Of a stretch of 64,000 nt of DNA, positions 36,615 to 47,084 are shown piece after piece (the stretch's first letter is position 1; each line of letters begins with the position of its first letter). The notes beneath the pieces are model-generated. The model was not told the origin of the DNA. It saw nothing but the letters and a program-made list of their open reading frames with translations, and searched no databases. Position numbers and translations under genes: made by a program. Source of the DNA: Phoronis australis (lineage: Eukaryota > Animalia > Phoronida); the NCBI GenBank assembly GCA_002633005.1, contig NMRA01000090.1, positions 916,736-980,735 on the forward strand, in the 5' to 3' direction.

Positions 36615-37101
36615 CTATGAAAATCAAAGCGGAATATATCCAGGACAAACATTTTCTAGTCAAGAATTAAAATCTCTGCAGAGCCAAAAACATACTCAAA
36701 ATCATAATTTATCACGCCCGGACCTATAACTTATGATACCAGGACCCGAAATTTGACTATGATTTATCACGCCAGGACCAAAAATTTATCCTGCTAGGAC
36801 ATAAAGTATATCACATTTATAAATTTTCTTTCCTGACGTCATATAATATCGGTCCTGAGATGATCAGTTATAAGTCCTTACGTTATCAACTTTGGGTCCT
36901 GACCTATTAAATTTCGCTGTTGAGTTGTTTTTTTTAGTTAAAATAATGGTTTGACTGTTTTTGATTCTTGAATAAGTGATAATTCTGGTTTTGAGTTCTT
37001 TCTTGTTGGTTTTGCAGGGTAAAATAAATGTTTTGACCTGTTTTTAATTCTTGAATAAAAATTTTTTGTCCTGGAAATTGTTCCGCTTTGGCTTTTCATA
37101 G
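36615..37101. mobile_element. Foldback-type element with long TIRs and inverted arrays of about 21-bp internal repeats
   Basis: CTATGAAAATCAAAGCGGAATATATCCAGGACAAAC versus TTTGTCCTGGAAATTGTTCCGCTTTGGCTTTTCATAG; internal TTTATCACGCCAGGACC units mirrored by GGTCCTGA units. Confidence 0.7.
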
Positions 37102-38080
37102 CAAACGTCATCTCCACGTGTCTTGGGCGGTCTTCAGGGTTATGGAGGTTTCAAGTTGTAGAGTAATTGGCCGCATGACTGAAGTTCGTACCAGAAGGAA
37201 AATTGCTACGAAAATAGCCCAATGGAGCCAATGTCGCATCGTTCGCCCCTTCTTGGTCTGCCATTCCGTTATTTTTCTCCCGCCATATTATACTGACTAA
37301 CTGATACTACACAGCCAAAACAACAAACTAACATGATACCTTCAAATTAATCAACGAGGATCAAATTTTTGTCTTCAACACATGCGCGCACCCCGCAGCC
37401 TTCAAAATGGGGTGGCTCGAATTCCTGTCGATGTGGACCTTTTGCTGACAAAAAATCGGGAGGACATAACAACGGGGTACCACATCCACAACTCTGAACT
37501 GTGCGTCTGCGTCTTTTTTAGTGCATATTTGTCTCATTTTCTCGGACTCGTTCGAGACCCCCGCGCCCCCCCCCGGGTGAGCGCACGCAGCAAGTTCAGC
37601 CAGTACTAATTTGTATTTATGCTGAGGCACGCGTTACTTCAGGTGCAAATACTTGCATATTTCTAAAACGCCTTCTTTAATGGCGACTTTCACTTTAAAG
37701 CTCTTAATCAATAATATTATCAAAAGATTTATAAATCGGGAACTCGAGGAATAAAAATAGTTTTTAATCTTTATAATAACAAGCATTCATTGTGCGACTT
37801 CTGTTGCTTTCTCTTGGGACCGAATTATTCAGTCTAGCGGCTCCTGCTTATGGATTTTAAGAACCTATGCATAAAAATATCACGTGAGCACTTGGTTTCG
37901 AATAATGTCTTATAACGCGTTCAGATGTGAATGTTTTACAAGAAGACACCTAACGTCTAAAACGAGCGTTCACAAAGGTTTGCACTGTCTTACCGTCGGA
38001 AGACAGATCAGGCATCGAAGGAGTGTTCACATGTGCATTTTTCAGACTGATCTACCTTTTGTACGGCACGTAGTAGACAC

Positions 38081-38238
38081 CAGGGGCGGATCCAGGATTT
38101 TGAGTTAGGGAAGGCCAGGCCAGAGTATTGGTTATGATTTTAGCCGTCCGACATTCGCACTCCCAGACTCCCAAATGGAATTTGGGAGAATTTTAGAAGA
38201 GCCATGGCCCCCTTAGCCCCCCTCTAAATCTGCCACTG
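38081..38238. mobile_element. 158-bp MITE with 5-bp TSD (hAT5-like)
   Basis: GACAC|CAGGGGCGGATCCAG ... CTAAATCTGCCACTG|GACAC. Confidence 0.7.
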
Positions 38239-41200
38239 GACACATTTGTAGGGTCACCATCGCGCGCGCGAGACTTTGGTACTTATCCCACGTCAGGGGT
38301 AGATTTAAGAGCGTACCCCGCGTCACTGACGCACAAAATATTTCGTTGACGCACTGTGATTTCTCAACTTGACCAATTGGTCAGGGGGTCAGGGGTCATT
38401 TTAGAAAGACATGGATACGTGTAAATTAACCCACACGACCTCAAGTCTGTCGGCCAATTTGGAGAACCTGTGTGCCATGCTATTTTTTGTCCTTTTTCGC
38501 TTTCAGTTTGAATGGGCCCGATGACCCGACTTAACCAACCACGATGCGGCAGTGAATCAGTTTTTTACACTAATGACGCAAGGCGCACTTCTAAAATGAT
38601 TCCTGCTGATGTATTAAAATAGTGTCAACATTGATTAAGAAACAATCCCATCTTAATTGTCTTGCCGCAGAAATAATTAGTTATTGCACAATGTACAGGT
38701 ACATGTAGAACAGCTGTTGAAAAGTTATATTTGTGACCAAAACAACAAGGGCAGAAACGTCTCGACAAAGAAACCATCCTCCAAAATCAAATTAAAAAGT
38801 TCTCTAAATTGGCCCATAGTTTTAAGACATAGTGGGTCAACTGGCATATGCCCACGTTTTCTAAAATGACCGCCGCAGCGTCCTAGCACAACTTGAGTTC
38901 TGTTTACATTTATTTACAATGCTCAAGCCGTTTAATTAACTGCAATAAGCAAACGTGTGGTGATTCAATTGATGGGATATTATGTAATCTTTCGAAGCTC
39001 CAGTTTCATTCATTTCAGAATTAAAGGGACACTCCTGGCAAGAAAACTAACTTAGCACAAGTGTGGAATCGAACCCACTGTCTCTGCAATAGCAAGCTTT
39101 AGCGCTGAGCGATCAGTACTCGACCTGGTAATGTCACCGGCCTTGAATGAAGCGAATGTCCTGACAAACAACGGCAGAATTGGCGATTTGTAATAAATGC
39201 ACAAAAACAAAACGAATTTTACTGCTTTATTGCTTTGGTCAAACTTAGTATCTTTAAAAAGTCTACCCCATTCGACAATGATCGCAAAATTGCGTTTTTC
39301 GGCCTTAAAAAGACCATGTCACTTTGATGCTGGATTGAGACAGCGTATGCAGTCAAAATGCGGACTTCTAGAAGTACATGTACTGTAGGTTTCACCAGAG
39401 TTTTAAAACGGCAAAATCGGTTGCGTTTTTGAAATGTTGTTACAGATCACAAATTCTTGCCGTCGTCTGCCAACTACTCGCTGAAATCAAGCTCATAGTC
39501 TCAAACTGTCAGCGAAAAACGCTTAAAATACTTGAATGTCATTTATCAAGTCGGGTTTAGCTCGCTGGTTGTGAGATCCGTTCAGCGTTGGAGCTGATCT
39601 TAATAAAACATTTTTCTTGTCACTAAAGTCACTCACTTTATGACGACGAAGCCAAAGACTTAGCGAGAAGCAAAGAAATATACACGCAAATCATGCGCCC
39701 AGGGTTAACGCTCCAGGACTATGACTTAAAATTTGACGAACGCGTATTGAAGGTGTGACCGATTCATGGTATTGCTCATGATACACGATTGCATTTCGTT
39801 GCCAGCTACTGTAGAGCTCATTTTTCAAAGAGTTTGCATTGATTTAAAATTCCCGAATCAATACTCCTATTACATGTCGCTGGACAACATTTCGAGAACT
39901 TCACTATTCTGAAGTAAGTAATGCACAGTGAACCGAGTATGTGTCTTCCCAATGAATCGCACTGACGTCCTCATTGACAACGATCCTTCAGACCCATTAA
40001 TAATTTCTTTTCCTAAGAACTGGATTTTTTTCATTCAACACAACTCCATTCTTGCGAACGCATTTCTTTGCAGACATGTGCGGATAGATCTCGTCTACTA
40101 CCGTATCTAGCCCGTGCACCTCGTATCTCGCATGAGAGAGCGAAAACAACCGTGTTTTACTAGGAGGAAAACGTGTGCTCATCAAAACAGAATTGCCGTG
40201 CCCAAGGCGAAAGATACAACGCAGCTCATGGGAAAAGAATTACTTTCATGAGAGAAAAAGGTGTTAATGAGACCACCTGGGAATGAGGAATAATGTTTAT
40301 TCTGGTACGGTCTTTCGAAATGCGCAGTGCCATTGCGTGGACTGAATATATGTAGAGGGCTCAAACCACAATACTGCTACGCGCTCATATTCCCGGAAGG
40401 CTGATGTTCCCTTAAAGATATACGTTCCGCTTCGTCTTGGTGAAACACGTTACAAAAGTGATTTTAGCGCAAACCAGTTTGAATTTAGCCAAAACTTATT
40501 CGCAAGTAATGCTCGATCAATACGATGTCAATCTTTGAAAAATAAGAAAATAATAGAGAGTTTTAATGCCGAGTTTTCCATTTTTGTTGGTGCACCAAAA
40601 ATTGTCGCTACAGTTGAATACATCTGAACTTCAACTTGTAGGGCTATATAATGTAAAACGAAAATACATGCTAGCCTGTAATTTACGAAATTTATCAGAT
40701 GCACACTCTCGTATGTGACTGTCTTTTCAAAATCAATTTTATAAGTTCGCAATGATGATTTTCATTCACGCAAACATCGGTGGTCGTCTGCTGGAGCCCT
40801 TATATTGAAAAGAATGACGCTGTCTATATCATCTTCAGATGGCTTTATGACGTGACCGTCCGCTGTCAGCCATTTCGACTCCTAAAGCTGGCACGACTTC
40901 TTGGTGGGCGAATCGACAGTGACTGGACAAGTCACCCAGTGCCCATCTGACGATGACTTCCTGTTGAGCTGCTCTCATCTTCACCACAGTCATTATGATG
41001 TCCGTTCCGCCGCCTCGTTTCTTGCAGCATTGCAGGACTTCTTGACCAAGAGGGCTAATGGTGTCAATGAAGCACTTATCCTAGAAAAACTGTTTCTCAA
41101 ACCTCCATGTCGACCAAAAGAACTTTATAGTTAGGGCACGAGGGAAGACTACTCTTGACGATGAATTCGGCTTCCGCTCCAGCCGTCATGACGGGGAATT

Positions 41201-41558
41201 CCGGGTCAATTCGTACGAAAAAATTTGCCTTGTGCTGTACTACGATGTCTCGGTGATGGAGACTGCTTCCTGCTTCTACGAGTTCACTGCTAACAGGCTA
41301 TTTCCTCTCCGTTCTGGGTTGGATAACTTGAGAGTCCATAATTATGATCATTACAGTTGTGCCTTCGCCAAAAGAAGTTCCTCAACAAGATATGTACGGT
41401 GATTTTTCGCTTATTAGAGTATGTCCGACAAGTGAAGTACTAGTTTGTCAAATTCCTTCTATAGAATAAACATTGGTCTATATTACATATTAGTAGCATG
41501 ATTTGTACTGTGTACATGTCATATAACAACATTTGGTAATTCTTCATAATTTTGTTAA

Positions 41559-44047
41559 CCCATTTATGCCCAGCGTCCCATTCGTGGGACACTACAAAAA
41601 TGCTGTCCTAAATTAACGAAAATTCAAATCTATCTGGATTTACTCTGGTGAAGTGTTTGCTTGGGAATGTACGCAGAAGGTCATTTGCAACAATTGGAAT
41701 TATCTCCACTTTTACTCACGTAATTGTGCTATTGTGACGCCACGCCTGCATGGTTTAAAGGTTTTCAACATGTCTCAAAGAAGGTAAGCAAAAATTTTAT
41801 TCAAATCATGAAATTTTCAGTTTATTGCAATTCACTTAGTAGAATAATGTGTCTAGAGTTCATAGAAAGTTTTAATTATTTGTTTTCACAAATTGTGTAA
41901 AAAATAAATGCCCTTTGCAAACGTCCCACAAAAGGGACGCTGGGCACAAATGGTTGCTCCTGGTAATATCATTATTCTCATTTTATTTGGCAGAAATCTT
42001 ACTGTAAATGATGCTGTTGCAATGCTGGAAGATGATGGAGCATTTCAACGGGCTGACATTTTTATGAGCCCACCTTCAGATGGTGATATAACAGATGCGG
42101 ATGAGTGGAGATGAAGACAGCGGTGGAAATATAGATAATCTTCCTGGTCGTCTCCTTACTGCTGCAGCGTCTGTAACCGTTATCAACAGCACACGTCAAC
42201 GAATGGAAGACAGCAGTGACAGCTCTGATGATGAACCACCTCCACCCAAACAACAAAGAGCAAACAGTACTGCCAAAAAGGCAAAAAAGCAAAAGACTGC
42301 AAGAACCTGGGTCAAACAGGACATCACAGCCCATGACAAATTTCTGTGGCGTCAACAACCAACAGCAAACTTTGACAACTTACCGCAGACTCCAGCAGGA
42401 TTGTTCGAGTTGTTTTTTTCTGATGATGTAATTGATATGATTGTGTCAGAGACGGTGCGCTATGCTGGAACTAAAGGTGCTCATGATTTCACTGTTACCC
42501 AAGATGAGATGAAATCATTCATTGGCATACTCCTGGTATCCGGATACTCATCGACACCTAGGCGCAGAATGTATTGGTCTCTTGACGATGATTTGCACAA
42601 CACAGCAGTAGCCAACACTATGTCTCGCAACAGGTTCGAGACAATAATGCGTTACTTGCATTTAGTAGACAATAACCGCCTGGATGGCGCTGACAAAATG
42701 GGAAAGGTGAGACCTCTGATGGCGGCTATCAATGAGAAATGTCTCATCTATTTCAGCCGAGAGCAAAACTTGTCAATTGACGAGTCAATGATCCCCTACT
42801 ACGGGCGACACGGGGCCAAACAGTTTATTCGCGGCAAACCCATCAGATTCGGATTCAAAATCTGGGCGTTGACCACTGCTTTAGGATACGTGGTTCAGTT
42901 TGAACCATATCAAGGAAAACGAGGTCAGCAGACGGGTGACACCGCAGGGTTTGGTATGGGGGGTGGAGTCGTGCTTGATCTGTTGGCTGAGCTACCAAAG
43001 GACAGACCATACCACCTGACCTTTGACAACTTGTTCACCTCACTGGACTTGGTTGACGAGCTCTCGAGACAAGGCATTGCCTGCACTGGCACAATCCGTG
43101 CAAATCGTCTGGGAGACTGTCCCCTGACAGCAGTGAAGGAGTTCCAGAAGACACCTCGTGGCACATATGACTACTCATACGATGCAGCAAATAATCTTTG
43201 TGTTGTTCAATCTTCACGGAGTTGCCCCCTTACAAAGGGCAAAAAGATGGTCTCGCGCAGAGAGCCAGCGCATACGGATTGACCAACCCTTTGTGATAAG
43301 TCACTACAACCAAACCATGGGTGGCGTCGACAGAATAGATCAAAACATAGATAAGTATAGGGTCTCGATACGATCAAAGAAATGGTGGTGGCCGATTTTC
43401 GCCTATTGTCTAGATCTTTGTGTACAGCAAGCATGGCACCTCTACAGAGCAACCGAAAGTGGAAAGGAGCAGCACAAAGATCCCCTGGAGGTTCGGCGCG
43501 AAATTGCTAATGTGTTGCTTATGAAGGGGAAACGAGTCACTCAGTATGTTCCTAAATCCGTGCCTTGCTCAAAGAAAGTATTGCCTGATGTCAGATTTGA
43601 CAGAGTGGACCACTTCATTAGCACAAGAGACACCCAGAGGCGATGTGTAGTTTGTAAAATGAAGACAAAGCGTTTTTGTGTGAAATGCGATGTTAGCCTT
43701 CACGACAAATGCTTTATGGCATTTCATGTTGCACAATAAAGATACTTGATACAATATTCTCATGAATTTTTGTCATTTATTTTACTTTCTACAATATCTT
43801 CACATCTAAAAACAATCAATATCATACTACATCTTTCATTTTTACTAGTTTTAGTAGGCATTTCTGTTGGTGGTTTATAGACCCCACATGTGCCCAGCGT
43901 CCCTTTTGTGGGACGAAAATAAAAACGTCAAAAAAACGTAAAATAAAAACTTCTTTCCATCTTTCCTTATTCATTATGTTCATTGTATGTTTAAAGGCAC
44001 ATAATATCTGAATATGCAGTGAAAACGCGTAGTTGGGCATAAATGGG
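41559..44047 (+). mobile_element. piggyBac DNA transposon, PGBD3/PGBD2-like, 2489 bp
   Basis: TTAA (41555-41558) then 14-bp TIR CCCATTTATGCCCA; right TIR TGGGCATAAATGGG at 44034-44047 followed by TAAT (degenerate TSD); perfect 27-bp internal inverted repeat at 41922-41948 / 43889-43915; transposase inside. Confidence 0.95.
41770..43739 (+). pseudogene. piggyBac transposase (PGBD3-like), two exons, two frame disruptions
   Basis: Exon 1 ATGTCTCAAAGAAG|gtaag (41770-41783); acceptor ttttatttggcag| at 41993. Motifs SIDESM, KQFIRGKPIRFGFKIW, FDNLFTS, YNQTMGGVDRIDQ, KKWWW, and C-terminal Cys-rich domain CVVC...CVKC...LH..CF..FH. Frameshifts near 42103 and 43207. Confidence 0.92.
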
Positions 44048-44620
44048 TAATCAGCCTTAAAAAATGAAAAGGCGAAAATTTTGGCAATAGTTTCGCGCAA
44101 AATATGTGCAGAATTCCCGTAAATAGCAGCTGCACTTTGAAACTACGGCGGTAAAGTACACTTCTGAAACAAAGAATCACTCCATGCCAACTGCCAAAGC
44201 ACTTATTCACTGCTTTTTTCATATTTCCGTGCTTTCAAAGACAATTAGGGCCTGGGGTCTAATCTTTGTATTCGAAATCGAAATTATTTTTGCATTTTCT
44301 CCCCTGCTTTAATTCGAACTCAAGATAAGTATCGTATTCTATAGTCGAGTATGTTATGGTTTACGCACAAGAGTTTCTAGTCCAACTTCGCACTTTATAA
44401 CCGATACGAGTAAAGACAGAAGATTTCGAGTACAAGCTCGATATTTTGAGTTCAGACTTAAACAATGCTGAGAACATCAAGTGGAAGAGAGAACAAGAGA
44501 GTCATGTAAACGTAAACATAATATACCCGAGTCCAGAATTAAAGACGTTTATCTTAAGAATAGAAAATGTCAAAAATAATTTCTAGACCGTTGTTCAGCA
44601 CAAAGACTATATCCCTTGCC

Positions 44621-44860
44621 CTGAAGCCATGTCATTCTTGGTAAGAGACTGTGTCGGAAGGTCCACCACTTGAACTTCCTGGTCTGTCAGTAGCCTTCAC
44701 TCTGTCATTTGATCACCAGTTGCACTTGGTCCTTGTCTGCTAGATTTGCATTGAACCATTTCCACAAACAATTCATGATCCTCTCCACAATGGATGGAAT
44801 TGTCTCGATACTTCTCATTTAGTAATGACAACACCTCTTGATTTCTTTGCCTTCACCATC
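44621..44860 (-). mobile_element. Decayed non-LTR retrotransposon fragment (HERO/R2-group, RT C-terminal region)
   Basis: Minus strand reads MVKAKKSRGVVI / TIPSIVERIMNCLWKWFNANLADKDQV...RKFKWWTFRHSLLPRMTW with stops. This resembles the KPKKSRS...IPTV...LGKWF...L.D...GKFK.W..QH.LLPR..WP pattern I recall for HERO elements. Confidence 0.65.
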
Positions 44861-46088
44861 AAAATTTTAAAAAAATTAACATATAAAAGAAAGAAGTGTA
44901 TAACAAAAACGAGTGCTAGAATGCTGCATGAAAACGACGTTTCGATATGAAGCAAATATAGTCCTCAATAGTCAAACAGAATAGAACGTGGTTTTCATCC
45001 TGCGTTCTAGCGTCGTTTTTGTTTTACACTTCCTGCTTTTAATTATTCCAAAACTAATATTATAAACACATATTAAATTCCATTTCAATAAGGTTCATTT
45101 TTAGAAAAACGATGTTGTGTTAAAAGAGACAATTTTTGTTTAAATTCGTTTCAAGCAAAATTCCAATCTAGTATCCCAACTCCTGACGTATCACTCTAAT
45201 AGTTCTCATTGAGTGCTCTTCGCAAGCTCACTGCATGCATAGAAATAAGCAAGTTGCGATCACTTACGAAAAAGTGCTGTGACTAAAATCGATTTTAATT
45301 ATATTCAGGAAATCAAAGCATGCCTGATGTCGACCTTAAAGAGTGCCATTCATCTGACTACAATACTACATAGCTGAAAACAATTTTCCACAAAAGCCGG
45401 CATACAACAAACACAGGAAAAGGCCAGTCATTTCATTCTTTTAGTCACAGATGAACTTGCCCGAGTGTCAACTGATACAGTGTTTGTCGAAACAAAAACG
45501 TTGACTCAGGAGAAGCATTATTTATCTATACATCAGACGCCATTAGAGACCTTTTTAAGAACCGCCTCTGTCAGAGCAGAAACCTGTTGTTCAAAAATAA
45601 CACACATTCCGATTTTCTGTTTTCATTTTCTCTTGGGTTTTACTGACTGCTATAGTATCTTACAATGGCAGCAAAATATAGACTATGGTTACTCCCATGT
45701 AGCACTTCGCAATAATGTGAAAGCCAACTTTCGGTTTTAAAATCAGAATGGATTGTCTGAGCATATTTTTCTATTTTGTGCGTCTGTTTCACGTGTCTTA
45801 ATTATAATTTGCGACAGTGATCGGTACGAGTGGCGTGAACAAATGACGTCTAAACCGGAAGTGATAATAGAGGACTAACAAATAGCATGCGCGGAAGATG
45901 GTGAAGATCGTTACAAGATGTGCTGCTATCTTCGAAATCTGACAACAATAATGACAAAACGTTGGAAAAACCTGACATATATTCATTTTTCTTTACAAGT
46001 TCAGCGCAATTCTCTTATTCGCTTTCACGATTTCAAATCTTAAAACTCAACGAATTTCACATCAAACTGACTCTTCAATGAGGTTCAC

Positions 46089-47084
46089 TCATACTGCAGT
46101 TGCCACGTGAGAATGCTTTCCATTCCTTGAGAATAAACTGAGGAGATGGCGTCGAAACATTTCACCGGTTATCAAATAAATATAGAAGTTGAGAGCGTAA
46201 TGAGAAAGGCCGATCTGAGTAATAACGGTTTTTATCATAATATAGCTAAAATGGCGTTGCCACTCTGGATCAGTTTGAATTTCAGCGTCCGTCATGGTGA
46301 CATTTCCCATTTGGAAATGCGGGTATATGGAATACACGGTAGTCGCAGGTATACTAGTCACTATATAGTAAAATGAAACAGACAGAAGCATGACTGTGGT
46401 CGAATTCTTGTTTCCGTTGGACTCTCCCGTGAGCTGCACTGGAGAGTTCCTCCGGCCACGTCTCGATACTTTCATTACTTCGCGTATGACGAAAATGTTG
46501 AAGACGAGGGTTGACATAGGGAGCAAAACAAATATTAGCATCTCCGTCACCCACGTCCAAGCTATCCAGAATGTGGTATAATCCCTTGTGTCGCATATTC
46601 CCTCATCGTCTTTAAATACCAGGAAGTAGAGTTGTGAAGAGGCAAGCAAATGCGCGAAGACATATATTACTACAGTAACTCGCGTGGCTATTGTGGTCGT
46701 GCAGTATTTCTGGCTGCTAAAAGGGTGACAGATAGATATGTATCGTTCTGTTGTGAATGCCAAAACCAGCATCGGTGATAGATATTGTGAGGCCAAAAAG
46801 AACATTCCAAATGATTCACAGAACACCGCTTGATTAAGTATTCCTGTCTCCCAGATAGTGTGAAGTACATAAACCAGGTGACAAACCAGAAAATATTCAT
46901 CCGCTATCGCCAAAGCAGCCAAATAACATCCCGAAGAATGACGGATCCTTCTTCTACTCCACACGGTAAACGCCAACGCATTTCCCACAAAACCCACCGC
47001 GTACCAGATTATAGGGACTACTTTCTCCAAAGAGTTCCTTACCGGAATGTGGAAATCGTACAAAGCAATATCACTGCGATTCAT
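46089..47084 (-). CDS. Class A peptide-type GPCR (FMRFamide/sex-peptide-receptor-like, orphan), 331 aa, single coding exon
   Basis: Seven hydrophobic segments; GFVGN (TM1), YLAALAIAD (TM2), FCE...FTTERY..ICHPF (TM3), ECL2 Cys, SIP (TM6), ALNFYIY (TM7). First ATG at 47084 gives MNRS (N-glycosylation sequon). Likely 5'UTR acceptor ctctttgtag| at 47278. Confidence 0.92.
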   Translation of the reverse strand: MNRSDIALYDFHIPVRNSLEKVVPIIWYAVGFVGNALAFTVWSRRRIRHSSGCYLAALAIADEYFLVCHLVYVLHTIWETGILNQAVFCESFGMFFLASQYLSPMLVLAFTTERYISICHPFSSQKYCTTTIATRVTVVIYVFAHLLASSQLYFLVFKDDEGICDTRDYTTFWIAWTWVTEMLIFVLLPMSTLVFNIFVIREVMKVSRRGRRNSPVQLTGESNGNKNSTTVMLLSVSFYYIVTSIPATTVYSIYPHFQMGNVTMTDAEIQTDPEWQRHFSYIMIKTVITQIGLSHYALNFYIYLITGEMFRRHLLSLFSRNGKHSHVATAV

